In this document: one piece after another, positions 35,906 through 50,149 of the stretch
How positions within the stretch are numbered: position 1 is the first letter of the stretch
How the letters are laid out: the number at the start of each line of letters is the position of its first letter
Assembly (NCBI GenBank): GCA_964016885.1
Contig: OZ024754.1
Location: forward strand, 28,892,001-28,956,000
From: Eledone cirrhosa
Lineage: Eukaryota
Direction of reading: 5' to 3'
Length of the DNA: 64,000 nucleotides
The notes under the pieces: generated by a model
What the model was told of the DNA's origin: nothing
The model's database searches: none
The model's input: the letters and a program-made list of their open reading frames with translations, nothing else
Position numbers and translations under genes: made by a program

Positions 35906-38900
35906 ACGTTTAACGTCCGTGTTCCACGCTTGCATGGGTTTGGACGGGGGTAGTCCCACTTGAGGCAAGAGTGATTGTCTTGCTCGCATAGGACTGTCTG
36001 GCAGGTTTTCTACAGTTGGATGCCCTTCCTAACACCAACCACATTTACAGTGTGGGTCTGGGAGGTTTTTACCGTGTTGCCTACACGGCTACATTACAGC
36101 GTGGACTGTGTGTTTTTTTGTCGTGACACCTACACGATCTCATTTGTTTCGGCCTGGATGGCGCGGCACCAACATAACTTTACATAGAATGGGGTGGTGT
36201 GGATGGGGTGGGGGTGGTGGGACGGGGTGTATTTTGTTAGAGATGCCTACTGGCTGGAGTAGGTTTTACTATATATTTAGGTAAGGCGGGTTTTCTCTGT
36301 TACTGAGTACCGCCAAAGGTCTCGGTCCAGTGACATTGTCTTGGAGAGGTGTAAGTGTGTGAGGTCGGAGTTTATCAGCTCGTCCCAGGTTTTTCTAGGT
36401 CTGCCTATTCCGTGACTACCGTCTATCTTTATTGCCCTGCACTTTGTTATACAGCTATCGACTTTCATGCGCATCACGTGTCCATACCAATGTAGCCTTC
36501 TCTCGAGTAAACAACATCTGATCCCTCTTATCTCTAATTTTTTCCTTAGTTCGTTTATGCTTTGCCGTTCACGTATATTACTGTTACACATCCAGCGGAG
36601 CATGCAAGCTTCGTTCCTCTCTAGTCTGCGTATATCCTCTGCACACAATGCCCAGGTCTCACTGCCATGCAACATTGCTGTTCGTATGCAGGCATCGTAC
36701 AACCTGCCTTTCATTTTTAGGGAGAACCCTTTAGCAGCTAATAGTGGTATAAGCTCTCTGAACTTTTTCCAACCAGTTCTGACTCTAGCTACAGTACTTT
36801 CAGAGCACCCTCCCCCACTGCTGATTTTATCGCCCAGGTAACGGAAGCTGTCCACTATTTCTATAGAACCCTCTGCGCAATTGAAAGAGCTAGTATTTTG
36901 TGGGCACTTGCTGCTACTTATTGCACCAGAACACCGGCCACATGTAAAATCTATGTTCTTAGTTAGCTTACCTGTGATCCCACTACATCTTTTATGCACC
37001 CATACTTTGCATTTAGGACATAAAATGGAGTTTCTACCTACGCCTTTCCTACACACCGAGCACGACCATTTCCCAGAAGGGACCGCCGCCTTGTTTTCTT
37101 TTCTACAAACTAGAACTTTGGTCTTAGCCAGGTTAATTTTAAGTCCTTTTGACTCTAGGCCGTGCTTCCATGTTTGGAATTTCTTTTCTAGCTCGGCCAT
37201 TGATTCCGCTATGAGTGTCAGGTCGTCTGCGTATAGGAGTTCCCATGGGCAGCCTGTCTTGAACTCCTCTGTTATAGCCTGAAGGGCAATAATAAATAGT
37301 AGGGGGCTGAGAACAGAGCCCTGATGGACGCCAACTTTTACGCTAAACTCTTCACTATATTCGTTGTTAATTCTAACCTTGCTGACTGTTTCTTTATACA
37401 TGGCTTGTATAGCCCTCACAAGCCATTCGTCAACGCCTAGTTTTCTAAGAGCCCACCAGATAATGGAGCGGGGGACTCTGTCGAAGGCTTTCTCCAAGTC
37501 GACAAAAGCTAAGTAGAGGGGTTTACCTTTAGCTAGGAACTTCTCCTGTAGTTGTCGTACTATGAAAAGAGCGTCTGTGGTACTTTTGCCTGACACAAAC
37601 CCGAACTGCATTTCATCTAGGTCAATTCTCTCTCTGATTAGTTGCGCTATTACTTTTTCCGTGACCTTCATGACCTGGTCGATTAATTTAATGCCTCTAT
37701 AGTTACTCCTATCTAGGGCGTCTCCTTTACCCTTATAACAGTTAACGATGATGCTGCTATGCCAGTCCTTCGGAACAACCCCATTCTGTACGACATGGTT
37801 AACTATGCGAGTGACCATGGTGTGTCCCACCGTGCCAGATGCCTTCAGCATCTCAGCAACTATTTCCGAAGGCCCAGCCGCCTTACCTGTCTTCATATCC
37901 TTGATTGCCTTACTTATTATACTCCCCTCGACTAACACTGCTGGTCCCTCTATTGGGTCGATATGGGGGAGACTGTCTTTCTCCCATTTATTCTCCTCAT
38001 TTAGTAGCCTTTCATAGTGACACTTCCAAGCTACCTTCTTATCAGTGTCGGTGATGGCAAGTATGCCATCATCGTTAAGTACACACTTCTCCCCGACAAT
38101 ATCACGGTTTTCCTTGATGCATTGCCTAGCAATCCTGAACACCTCACGTTTTTGGTCATCGCGTTGTAGAACATGCTTGAACTTTCTTTCCTCAGCTTCC
38201 CTTCTTGCTAAGTACACTTCTCTCCTAGCTTCCCTCCTGGCCACTTGATAGTCTACTCTACTTCCCCCATCCCGCCATACTTTCCAAGCCTGCTTTTTGG
38301 CCTTAATTGACCCCTCCACCTTACTGTTCCACCACCATGTTACTCTCCTCCTGCCTACAGGCCTGCTCCAGCCACAGACTTCGTCTGTCGCCAACAGCAG
38401 GTTTGCTTTCAGAAATTCCCACTGTCCCTCTATATTGTCCGACTCTAAATGTTCTTCCTTACTGTCGAAAGCATCAAGTAATATGTTTTGAAATTTATTT
38501 TTCGCTGTGGGGTCCTTTAGCTTCCATATTTTTCTCCTGAGGATGGTCCTCTTCTGCTGTCGAGTACGTCTCGTCCTGACTATGAGGTCGCTAATTATCA
38601 GTCTATGTTGGGAGGTGCATTCTTCATGGGGGAGGGATTTAGTGTTTACAACAGACACTCTGTCACGTCTTCTGGTAAGGATATAATCTACCTGGCTTGT
38701 GTGTTCCCCGGATCTATAGGTGATCAGGTGATTGTCACGTTTTTTGAAGTTAGTGTTACAGATAGTTAGGTTATTTGCATCACAGAATTCCAGGATTCTG
38801 GAGCCTTCCTCATTTCTAGTACCAAACCCATAGCCTCCATGGATTTCATTGTAGCCGTCACAATGTTGTCCAACGTGACCATTTAGGTCGCCTGCAATAA

Positions 38901-39134
38901 TTATATAGTCACTGTCAGATATTTGGGAGGTAGTGAGCATCAGTGTCTCATAGAATCTGTCTTTTATAGTGCCGGGCAGTCCGGATTGGGGTGCGTACGC
39001 AGATATTACTGTCACCGTAGTTCTATTGAGGACAAGTCGTATTTTAATTATTCTGTCGTTCACTCTATTTACGTCTATTATCTTATCTGCCCACTTTTCT
39101 GCTACCATGATTCCTACTCCACCCAGCCCATCGT
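35873..39134 (-). mobile_element. 5'-truncated near-identical second copy of the RTE LINE; ORF open from within the APE domain to the stop at 36277
   Basis: About 18 aa differences over ~950 aa versus the 16943-20113 ORF (manual count). Identity ends at ...CAGCCCATCGT (39134). (CAT)n tail from 35873. Confidence 0.95.
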
Positions 39135-39486
39135 TATAAATATATACATTTATATATATATGTATGTGGAAAAAATGAAATTTCATTTCTCACTCTTAGT
39201 ACGGCTGATACTTAAATGTAAGCTTGTATACGTACATACATATATGTATACAGACGTACATTAGTATGTATATACATACATACATGTACACATATATATA
39301 TGTACGTATGGGTTTACCGAACATTTATTATAATGTTCAGTTTGTTTGTAAACAAACTGCCCGAATTAAGCCGTACAGTGTTCGGCATCCATTGTTGCCC
39401 TTTTGTTCAACACTGACAAAGGAATGATGAACTAGTTTCTAGCTTCTTAGCCGTCATCAGCACCATATACCTTCCTGTCAATCGAT

Positions 39487-40114
39487 TGATGTGCATGAAA
39501 GACGACTGCTGTATAAAAAAGTGCAGGGTGATCAAAATAGATGGAAGCTATGGAGTAGGCAGACCCAGAAAAACCTGGGACGATTTGATAAATTCTGACC
39601 TTACACATTTACACCTCTCTAAGACAATGTCACTGGACCGAGATCTTTGGCGCTACACAGTAATACAGAAGACCCGCCTTGCCTAAGTACAAAGCGAAAC
39701 CTACAGTCAGTAGGCACCTCTTAACCAAAAATACACCCCCATCCCACTACTCTACCCCAACCCCATCTACACCACCCCAACCCTCATCTACACCACCCCA
39801 ACCCTCATCTACACCACCCCTTTCTCTGTAAAGTTATGTTAGTACCACAACATCCAATCCTAAATAAATGAGGTCGTGTAGGTGTCACGACAAAAAAACA
39901 CACAGTCCCTGCTGTAATGTGGCCGTGTAGGTAACACAGTAAAAACCTCCCAGTCCACACTGAAAACGTGGTTGGTGTTAGGAAGGGCATCCAGCCGAAG
40001 AAAACCTGCCAGACAGTCCTATATGAGCAAGACAACCAATCTTGCCTCACGTTGGACAATTCTCGTCTAAACCCATGCTAGCGTGGAAGATAGACTTTAA
40101 ACGATGATGATGAT
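39487..40114 (+). mobile_element. 5'-truncated RTE LINE (related to the full-length element), ending 154 bp upstream of the MON2 exon at 40269
   Basis: CIKKCRVIKIDGSYGVGRPRKTWDDLINSDL...KTRLA*, 3'UTR, (GAT)n tail. Confidence 0.9.
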
Positions 40115-40268
40115 ATATATATATATGTAAGCAGGGATGTTGGCTGTGGTGTGTGTGGTGAGGGGCAAGGACATCAGAAGTTTCTTTCATGTTTGTTTCT
40201 TAGAATTCACTTATATCTGGAAATTTCTCACAGAATTTAAACATTTTTCACTTCTGCCTCTTTTACAG

Positions 40269-40867
40269 GTGATTTCCCTCGTGCTTGGTCTCTTCTTCTG
40301 GAACATATTGAATATTCTGCTCTTTGTCCAAATGCAGAGGTGTCTCTCGCTGCTTTGAAGAGTTTCCAGGAAATCATGCAAATCAACAGGGATTCAAAAG
40401 ATAAAGACAAAAGCGAGGATCCTCGTAGCGGTCGTGGCAATGTAGTACCTCCCAGTGAAGAGGTGATGTGCCGCTCTGAAGATGAGACTCTCGCTGCTTC
40501 CAAACTATCTCAGAATGAAGCAGGATCCAAAAGTGATAATGACTTGACTCTCTGGTCAACTGCCTGGCGTGTATGGCTGAACATTGGAACGTTATCTACG
40601 AAGCCGCCAACAGGCAAAAGTCAGAAGCTCTATATACCTTCTCAGTCTTTCCTCACAGCTCTTGTCCACACATTTCCATCATTGTTCCATCATATAAAAT
40701 CCCGTTTTGTGGCTGCTGATTTGCAAAAGCTCTCGACTGTTCTACGCAGTGCTCTCTCAGTTCCAGTCCATGGAGAATTCTCCCCCTTCATTCTACCAAC
40801 ATACCCAGATTTAACGATTACCCCTTTGCAAGAATCAACACTCAATGCCGTCCAAGTTCTAATTAAG
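40269..40867 (+). CDS. MON2: MON2 homolog, internal coding exon, 599 bp, phase 1/0
   Basis: Acceptor ttttacag|GT completes the split Gly codon. Translates GDFPRAWSLLLEHIEYSAL...EVSLAALKSFQEI...LWSTAWRVWLNIG...PSQSFLTAL...VQVLIK; donor AAG|gttagt. Phase matches the previous exon. Confidence 0.95.
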
Positions 40868-41314
40868 GTTAGTAATTTTTTTACCACATTTTTAATGATT
40901 TTTCAAATAATTTAGAAAAATTATAAAAGATTTCTCATTATTTATCTGGTGAATGGAACATAAGAAAAGTTCTTACATAAAATGTTGATGATATAAACAC
41001 TTTAACACTTTTGTCACCATATTTCTAAAGAAAGATACTACCCCTGATTTTCAAATCATTTGGAAAATAATCAAAATTTGGAAGTGTATAGTTAATATAA
41101 ATTTCTCATTATTAAGCTGGTGTTTAGAACTTAACAAATATTTTAATGTTGAATTTTAGATAAATATAAGCACTAAAAGAAAAACAGTTTTGTATTATAA
41201 AACCAGAGATGATTTCTGGCAGTTTGGTATCTAAAATACTGCAGTTTGGTATCTAATATACTGCATTTTTTTTTTACTGTTTGTATTTTCTTTTCTTTTA
41301 TAGATACTTTAATC

Positions 41315-41660
41315 ATCATCAACACCATCATTTTTACATCCATTTTTACACAGCATCTTTCTACTCATTGTATTCCTTCATCTCCTCTGAGAGTCTTAGT
41401 GATTTGAGATCAGCTCTCACCACCTCTGCTCAGGTCTTCCTTGGTCTACCTCTACTGTAGCTTCCCTCTACTAGAATTTGAAGCATAGCTGCTTCATTTT
41501 TCTCCAGTCTACGCATGTCCTTTGCAGTCACAGCCAAGGTTTCTCTACCATCCAGCATCACACTTCACATATCCAGCAAAGCATGGTTGCTTCATTTCTT
41601 TCCAGCCTACATATGTCCTCTGTTTTCACTGTCAATGTTTAACTACCATGTAGCATCTCT
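41315..41660 (-). mobile_element. Old RTE 3' fragment
   Basis: Reverse complement shows RGRPRKT-like and ERNEATML-like segments; (CAT)-rich end. Confidence 0.6.
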
Positions 41661-42577
41661 CTCCCTCCTTTCATAATCTCATAGAGAGGAAACCTTGTTT
41701 CAATTACTCACAGTGTCACTGCATATATGTTATATATGAGCATACTTTATAGCACTTCATTTGTCATTTAATGGTTGTTAGAGAAAGATAGGAATGAGAT
41801 AATAAATGATGCATTGACTTCACAAACTTTGATATGATATCCTACCCTTTACCTCTCCTTCCCTTAATCTTTACTAAGATTTTGTACCCTCTCCATCTAC
41901 TTCCCCGAATCTTTCTGATCTATATCCTCTACGATGTATATTTGTACATATTTTTATTTCCTATCCGTAAATTTGTGGCACTATTTTCAATGGAGTCGGC
42001 ATTCTTTAAAATTAAAAACATTTTTGCCACTTTTAACAGCAGAAGTACTCGAGGTATATTAGATTTTTTTTTCAATTTTCTTCTCCCCCTCACATGTAAA
42101 ATGGGATGGACTAATGAAAATGTATTTTTATTATTTTACCTAAGATAGAAAGATCTCTTCACAATGTTTATTTTTTCTCTCGTAAATCAAAGAAAGGTTA
42201 TGAGATTTGTGTGGTTGATGAGGTATTTGAAATGTTCGAGATTAGCTTAATGTGGGGTCAAATGAGATGGGAGGAGATTTGACAGAGTGATGAACTGCTT
42301 GCTTGAAGAGAGGGTTTTTTGGGGAGAGAGGCTGAGATAATCTTGTGATACCAAAGTCCATTTACCCTTTCGTTGCCATATTTCTAATGAAAGACGCTGC
42401 CTCTGATTTTCAAATAATCTTTTATAAAATCAAGAATTTGGAGAGATTTAATGATATAACAATCTCATTATGAGGCTGGTGTTTTGAATATTACTTAACA
42501 AAGATTCTTACATAAAATTATAGTGTGGATCTTTTGTATCATAGAACCAAGTGTGGTTCCAGGTAGTTTGGTATTAA

Positions 42578-42789
42578 TCCTTTAGCATTTAAATCGGCTA
42601 TATCTTGCCAGAATTCTCTCACCTCTTTCTATTCAAACTGGCCACTCATACTGATGTTAAGGTATTGTTCTCAAAATGAATAACATCAATATTCTTGTAG
42701 ATTCGATATTATGTGAGATAATTATGTAAGATAAAGACTTTACCTCAAAAATACAATTGCATATATAGAATAATGTAAATGCTAAAGGG
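42578..42789. mobile_element. piggyBac-type MITE copy
   Basis: TTAA|TCCTTTAGCATT...AATGCTAAAGGG|TTAA. Confidence 0.8.
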
Positions 42790-42959
42790 TTAAATTGGTG
42801 TTAGAAGAGGAAGTGAGCCAGAAATTGGAGTTGGTATTAATTAAAAGATTGTTAGTTTACATGGAACACTTAATAGTGTCTGTGATAGAAAGACATCTGT
42901 TTTAGGAAAGATTTATTACCAGAAAAGTGTGGGTGCTAGTATATTTGATGTAGTGCAAC

Positions 42960-43190
42960 AAGAAATTTTGATTTTGCATAATGAGCATTGGGTGAAGAGG
43001 TGTCAGATAGTGCTAGTGGAAAGAGGTTGCCATAGAGGAAGACCGAGACAAAATCTGGACAGAGGCAGTTAGAGCTGATCTCAAAATGCTGAACCTTACA
43101 AAGAAGATGAAGAAGTGTTATGAGTGGAGGGTGGCTATGCTGGAAAGGACCCATGCAAACATGGAAAAGTGGATGTAAATGGATGAGGAG
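42960..43190 (+). mobile_element. Old RTE 3' fragment
   Basis: WVKRCQI...RGRPRQ-like segment followed by a CATGCAAACATGGAAAAGTGG tail. Confidence 0.55.
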
Positions 43191-44249
43191 GAAGGGAATG
43201 ATAACTTACCCCTTTGGCTCATAAAATCTTGTAATGGTTCAGCTTAAAATATATAAAAACTGGTTTACTAGTTTAAATATTCATATCTAATAATGTGAAA
43301 ATTCACATTATTAGAATAAAATCTTAAATTTTTAATGCAGTGCAGCCATAATGCTATTTTATACTTTTCAAGAATGTTTTGTTACTGTGATTTTATGCAG
43401 TGCAAGATATTAATATTTAAAGATAGGAAGAATCAATCAATAAACATACTAAACTTTGGCAAGAAAGGGTAGGGGAAGACAACCTTCTAATTTTAAGTAA
43501 TTATATGTAATTAAATATGAAATTCTATGGGGCAATGAAGGTTAGTAACAACCTAAGACATGTTTTTTGTCTTATTTAGATCTCCTCTGCAAAACATAAT
43601 CACTATAGTGTTGTCTGTGGCACTAACCTTTTGATACCAACCCAGTTAAAACTGGTTCTGGTTCTATGAGACAAAACCACTTATCTTAGAGGGTTGCTAT
43701 CTAAATTAAAATGTGCCAATATGATTTTATATAGGAACCAAATACTAAGTTAATATTTAATAATGAAATAATCAATAATGTTAGTAAATTTCTCAAAATC
43801 TTCATTAATTAATTAAAATAGATTGTATTTTATTAGAAATTCAGTCACGAATGTATTAAGCCAGCGAACTATCTGTGAAGCAAATCTCGAATATACAATG
43901 ATTATGGGTAATTGGTGATATTCTGATCAAATATTCTTGACATTCTGTTAAATGTATAGTTAGGTTTTCCAATCTCGAATTCTGTAATCTCTGACAACAG
44001 TCAGCTGTAGAAAATTGTAAGCTGTTGCATGCTAAATAGTTCATTTAAAATACTGCCACCCAAATAAGTGTTTACTGCCATTCTTTTGTCAGTCACTTAC
44101 TTCACTGAATATACTTCCAAGGTGGTGTTAGAAATATAAATGTTCATATGTATATGCCTTGCTATCTACTGTAGTATATCTAATAATTGTTTCTACTATT
44201 GGCACAAGGCCAGCAATTACCCAGTGCATTACTGGTACTTTATTTTATC

Positions 44250-46141
44250 TGTCGGAATGTTGAACGGGAATATAAACTGCATAAATCAGATGCCAACAGA
44301 AAAAAGCGGAATAAATCTTCCAACCATCTCAAGCAAGTGACAAAAAAGGCAGTGCTTGGATTTGTACAGTGCATAGTAACCAATCCTGACAGTAAGGTGT
44401 TCTGGAAATATGTGCATTCAAAGCAGAGACATCACTCTCCAGTTGGTCCTCTTCGCAATCCCCACACAAGCCAGATCACTGACGATCCCAAAGAATGCGC
44501 AGAACTCATTGCTGAGTGCTATGCAAACATTTTTACTGTTGAAAACCAGAATGTACCATCTCCACTATCTCTAACATCAAATTCCATAACAACTATGGAA
44601 TTTACACCTGCAATGCTGCGACGTCACCTTACGAATATGCGCAACTATGCCTCCCCTGGTCTTGATGGTGTTACATACCTGCTTCTCAAACGTGGCGGGT
44701 ACTTCCTTTTGCACCAGCTTTCTTTCTTCTTTCAATACTGTCTCAACAATGGTGCTACTCCGGAGCAGTGGAAAACTGCCAGTGTCATTCCCCTGTTTAA
44801 AAAGGGCGACCACACGTCACCTGTCAACTATTGTCCAGTCAGTCTTACTAGCTGTATTGCCAAACTGATGGAATCCTGTGTCAGAGAAACACTTTGGAAC
44901 TTCTGGAACTCTCACAGCCTCATCCGGCCCTCGCAATTTGGATTTATCCCTAACTCCAGCTGCTGTGATCAGCTTATCGAGTTCCTTGAATACATTACCC
45001 GGATCACTGACAGTGGCTCATGGGTGGATGTTGTTTACCTTGACTTCGCTAAGGCTTTTAATTCTGTGCCACACAAAAGACTTATGGCGAAACTCTCTGC
45101 AATGGGTGTGAAGGATGATCTTTTTAACTGGTTGAAATCATTCATTCTCAGCCAAAAAGAGGTAGTCACGGTTCTAGGATAGCATTCTTCACCATATGAG
45201 ATGTCATCTGGTGTACCACAGGGATCTGTTGTTGATCCCCTTTTGTTTGTTGCATACATTAATGACATAGATGCCAACTTAAAGAATGCCACAGTACTGA
45301 AATATGCAAATGACATCAACCTGTACCTTGAAATCAAAAGGACAGATCCTGAAATCTACAACTCTTTCCTACAATCAGACCTGGACACAATGCAGCAATG
45401 GATCACAAACTGGCAACTGAAGCTGGCTGTGGACGAGTGTACCACCATGCATTTTGATCCAGCGTCCACATGCTCCCTCCACAACACTGATATCAAGAAG
45501 TCCTCTTGTGAACGTGACCTGGGCATTATTGTCAGCAGCGATTTACGTTGGACAAAGCACATCTCTAAAATTGTCAAGAAGGTCGAGGGTGTCTTGGCAT
45601 CACTCAGCAAGACCTTTGTTAACCGCTCTCCAGCCATCTATTTAAAGCTGAATGCAGCTATGGTACGACCATACTTGGAATTCGCATCATCAGTCTGGAA
45701 CCCCTATCTTGCTTCCCTGGGCATGGATTCATTGAAGCTCCGACATCTGGCAATGGACTTGGTAAACACCCACAAAATTATTAACCATTTCGCCAACAAC
45801 AACTCTGAGCACCTTTTTGATCTCCATGTGTCTAACACACGTGGACATGCCTACAAAGTCAGAAAACAGCACAGCTCCCATGACTTTTGGAAACATTTTT
45901 TCACGCTTAGAGTTGCTGAAGCATGGAACAAACTGCCTGCGTCAGTTATTAGCTGCCGAGACACTGCATCCTTTAAAACCCTCATGCTTCCCGAAATTCG
46001 CCAAAACTGTCCCCCTTCCATAGACATGCACACATGCACTATTCATTTTCCTGACGTTTTTACATTACCCTATGTACTATACATACACTTTTGATGAGTT
46101 GTAGTGCACCTGAGCACTGTACACAATATTTTTATTATTAT
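44250..46141 (+). mobile_element. 5'-truncated, inactivated CR1/L2-clade LINE
   Basis: SPGLDG, PLFKKG, NYCPVSLTS, QFGF, VYLDFAKAFNSVPH, SGVPQGS, YAND (catalytic DD lost), TRGH...FFTLRV..WNKLP. In-frame TAG at 45180-45182; (ATT)n end. Confidence 0.9.
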
Positions 46142-48630
46142 CAAAGAACTATAAGTTTAGGTTGTTTTCTTACTACATTTACTATTATTGTATAACAGAC
46201 CAACTTTTAACTCTGAGAAAGAAGGGAAGCACCCATAAGCTTTTGCAAAGACTCCAGGACTGGTGCAGGGTAAGGAAGAGATTTTAGTTTATGTGTTGCT
46301 GTAGCAGGAAACAGAGCATCAAGATATGATCTTCTTGGGCAAGAAACCCTAACCTAATGCTTATAGTAGAGTGGCCCTGGCTAATACCTAGTGCCTATTA
46401 TATATCAATCTCAGTTTCCTTCAGATCTGCATTTTAGTAATAATGATTTTTAATTCAAACACTAGGCCAACAGATTGTTGGGACGGGAACAGTGAATTAC
46501 ATCAACCCCCAGTACTAGACTGGTGTTTTATTTTATCAACCCCAGGAGAGTGAAAGGCAAAATTGACCTCAACACGATTTGAAGAACATTGGGAGCTAGA
46601 ACAAATACTGCAAAGCATTTTGTTTGATGTTTCAAATATTCTACCAGTCTACCTAGTACAAATGTTTGAAATAGAATGGACTCTGCCAAATGCCATATCA
46701 CTTAATGCTTGTTATATATCAACCTCAGTTTCCTTCTGATCCGCACTTAAACATTTAATAAAATATCAAATTAATTAGCTAATAAAATATGATGAGCAAT
46801 TCCATTTTTCCATTTTAGACAAGGACCATTGATTAATTCAGCATTATGGGATGTGAGATAGCCCTCATTCTAATTATTTTGAAAAGAGCAAAAATACATT
46901 AGCACTTAAAGGAAGCAAATTGATAATGTAATTTTCCAAACCAGCTAACTGTAAAAGCACCTGTTACTAAGTATGGGGATATTGGAAATCAGCAAATGAG
47001 CCAATAAATTAATAACTGATCATATGGAAGGAAATAGTAATTTTAACATTGTTATCAGGAAAATATCATCTGTTTAATGTGATTTTAATCTTTCATATAT
47101 GAATATACATCTACTATATAAGCGGTGAAGGTGTCTGGCTTAGTGGGTTTGGGTGTTCAGCTCATGATTGTGAGTGTGATTTCTGGTGTCACATTGTATC
47201 ATTGAGCAAGAAAACATTAATTCACATTACTTCAGTCAATTCAACTAGAAAACAATGGTTTGTACCTGTAAATAAAAGAGCTAGCCTTGTTACAATCATC
47301 ATACTGTTTCACCCTGAGAGCTGTGACGCTGGAATGCTCAGCCACTTACACTACAATACAAGACAAACTGTAACTTTAAGTCAAAGATTCAACTTTGTGA
47401 CTATGTTATGCCGAATCTCATAACATGTCTGGAATTATCAGCTACTCTTATATTAATTTCATGAGCCCACTGTTCCATTGATCAAACAACTGGAACACTT
47501 ATTGTCAGAACCAATTGAGGTCCACCAACCACTGCATCGAGCAGTTGATTTTATATTTAATACTTATTTTGTTATTATTTAATATAAAACTTCATCTAAC
47601 TTAAGTGTCTACATCCTTTATCACCACCTTCAGCACCATTTTAACTTTACTCCGCTGCTGGTATGGGCTAGAAGTGTTGTTATGGTCCAAGTGAATTCAT
47701 ATTTGGTGTTATCGCTCTCCTAAATAGATTGGAGACAAGGTTTCTTTTACATCTTCCATTTTCTTGTCACATTTTCTACAGTCTGATGAATATTTTGCTG
47801 CCAACCACTTTACAGAGTGTACTGAGCCATTTTGTTGTGCCAGCAATACTGAAGCTTATGCCTTGTCCCTTGCAAGACCAAATATTCCTTTTCATGCTTT
47901 GTTGTCTGTTTGTTTGGCAACCATATTAATGTGTGTACTCATTGCAGTCTATTGTAGCGCCAACGCTAGAGGAGTTTGTTTTTATATTGACAGATGACAG
48001 AATCCTCTCCACTCTTTTTTTTTTTATTTATTTGACAATTACTTTACAGAGGGTAATAAAATATCTGATAGTTTTCTTAAAGACCAACAAATCTATCATT
48101 AATTAATTGAAATTCAGTGTATTTCATTAGAAATGGAGTAATAAAAGGGTTTAGGCAATGCTGAGTAATTTCAGTGTGATTTGACTATTATTTTTAGTAA
48201 AATAGTTCTGGGAACCAAGATATATAAAACCTCCTCCACTGGCTCTTGTAATTTAATGTAGATGATCCAGTTGAGGTAGTGAAGCATTGTTTGAGATAAA
48301 CATATGCCATAATCTGCCAAAGACATCAAAGGATTCTACAGTTCTGTTGCTGGAACTAAAACTATGAGAGATGTTGGCAAGTAGAACATTAGGAAGCAAC
48401 ATTGAATATATTCCCTTTTATGTTTATTGAAATATCTGCTGACAAAGTCTGAATATATTGCAGCAGACACAGCTAATGGCTGACAAACTGACTGACCAAC
48501 TGGCAGATCTATGTTCCTTTAACAATTCATAATTCATTTCACTTTGTAGTTGTATTTCATTTCAGAAAACTTAATACAGCCTCTCAGGGATAGACACATA
48601 TGGTTAAGAAATTTGCCTTCCAGCTTTGTA

Positions 48631-48682
<52 letters not shown>

Positions 48683-48916
48683 AAAGAATAGATGTGTAAC
48701 ACACAAGTTATGATATATTGGTAAACGGAAAAGAAAATGCTGACAAATTGTTCACAGTGAAAAATAGTTTAATTAGGAATAAGTGAGAATTAGTAATAGT
48801 ATTGGTTAGTATTCAGTTTTGGTTTTAAGTTTTACCGGTTGCGCATTTCTAATGCTTTTCAAAAATAATTTTGAGATAGAGCGTCCGTGATGTTTGCTCT
48901 AATCTGATTAGAAACG

Positions 48917-48986
<70 letters not shown>

Positions 48987-49186
48987 TGTTAGGAAGGGTA
49001 TTCAGTTATAGAAAACTAAACCAAAGACAGAGTGAATGAGCAAGACTTGGTCACTTGACTTGTCTAGCGTCCTAATATGTCAGCCTATTTTAAACCATTG
49101 AAGCATGAAAAAAAAAACTTTGTTTAGTGGTGATGATGATGATGTGATCATCATAATGATGATGATGTGTTGTTTTTCTATTTCAG

Positions 49187-49330
49187 GCAATAAAATCGGG
49201 CTCGGATACAATGCAGAACATGTATCCAGATCTATTTGACCAACTTCTTATTTATATCGAATATGGTGTGAAGCCTCCAAAATATGGAGATATTGAAACA
49301 AAGAATTTTGGATCTGTTAAAGGCCCTCAA
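49187..49330 (+). CDS. MON2: MON2 homolog, internal coding exon, 144 bp, phase 0/0
   Basis: Acceptor tttcag|GCA and donor CAA|gtaagt. Translates AIKSGSDTMQNMYPDLFDQLLIYIEYGVKPPKYGDIETK, like recalled MON2 [26 protein letters not shown]. No further exon recognised in the window. Confidence 0.92.
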
Positions 49331-50149
49331 GTAAGTGTGGCATTTCTTTCTCTATTTCTTTGTTTGTTTGTTTCTTCTTTTCTCTTTTCTAAGCTTACAG
49401 CTTTGTTTCTTTTATATATATATATAAAGAATTTAAATGCCCAAAACATATGGGTCATGATTCCACCTCTCATGTCCATCTTGAGTTTATTGCTTATGGA
49501 TGGATAATGTAAATTATAATCATTTCTTTAGTTTCAGATCAGTCAGCTGGAATTCAGTTTGTTATATTTATCTATGTGATCTTCAAACCAATTTTAACAT
49601 TTGAAGTTTAGTGCCATCTGGTGTTCTTATTGCTTACAGAAAGAATGGAACAAAAAACATTATCTTTGTATATCTTTTAGTAAATATTAGTATCATGATG
49701 AAAGATAGAATTAGATGAGAAGCGATATGATGGAAGGCAGGAGTTAGAGATATACTTTAGAAAATAGCAAAAGTGAAGTGGATTTAGACAGGATGATATT
49801 TGGCCAGAAGAGAGGACAATAGATGAATGAAAAGATCTGTGAAGTGGATTCCATGAGAAAGTGGCGGATGGTGGTGGGTGGGTCAGTATTCCCTCACCTC
49901 TTTCTTTTCAAACAAGCCATAACTGGCCACTTATACTGATGGTAAGGTATTGTTCTCAAAATAAATAATATCAAAATCTCGAAGATTCAATGTTATGTGA
50001 AATAAAGTGTTTACTGTGAAAATACAATAGTATATTTAGAGTAATGTAAATGCTAAAGGATTAAAGAGTCATACAGTGACATATAGGATATATAGCAGTG
50101 GACTGCTATATATCCTAAAGAAGTAGTAAGTATTGAAGGGAGACAAAAA

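Noticed and set aside
39135-39186. N-terminus [17 protein letters not shown] of the 969-aa ORF
   Set aside because: Flanking microsatellite DNA fused in frame by chance to the 5'-truncated RTE; not part of the element.
44187-44249. N-terminus of the 331-aa ORF (MFLLLAQGQQLP...)
   Set aside because: Antisense SINE tail next to the truncated CR1; the same peptide appears at 9191 from another SINE copy.
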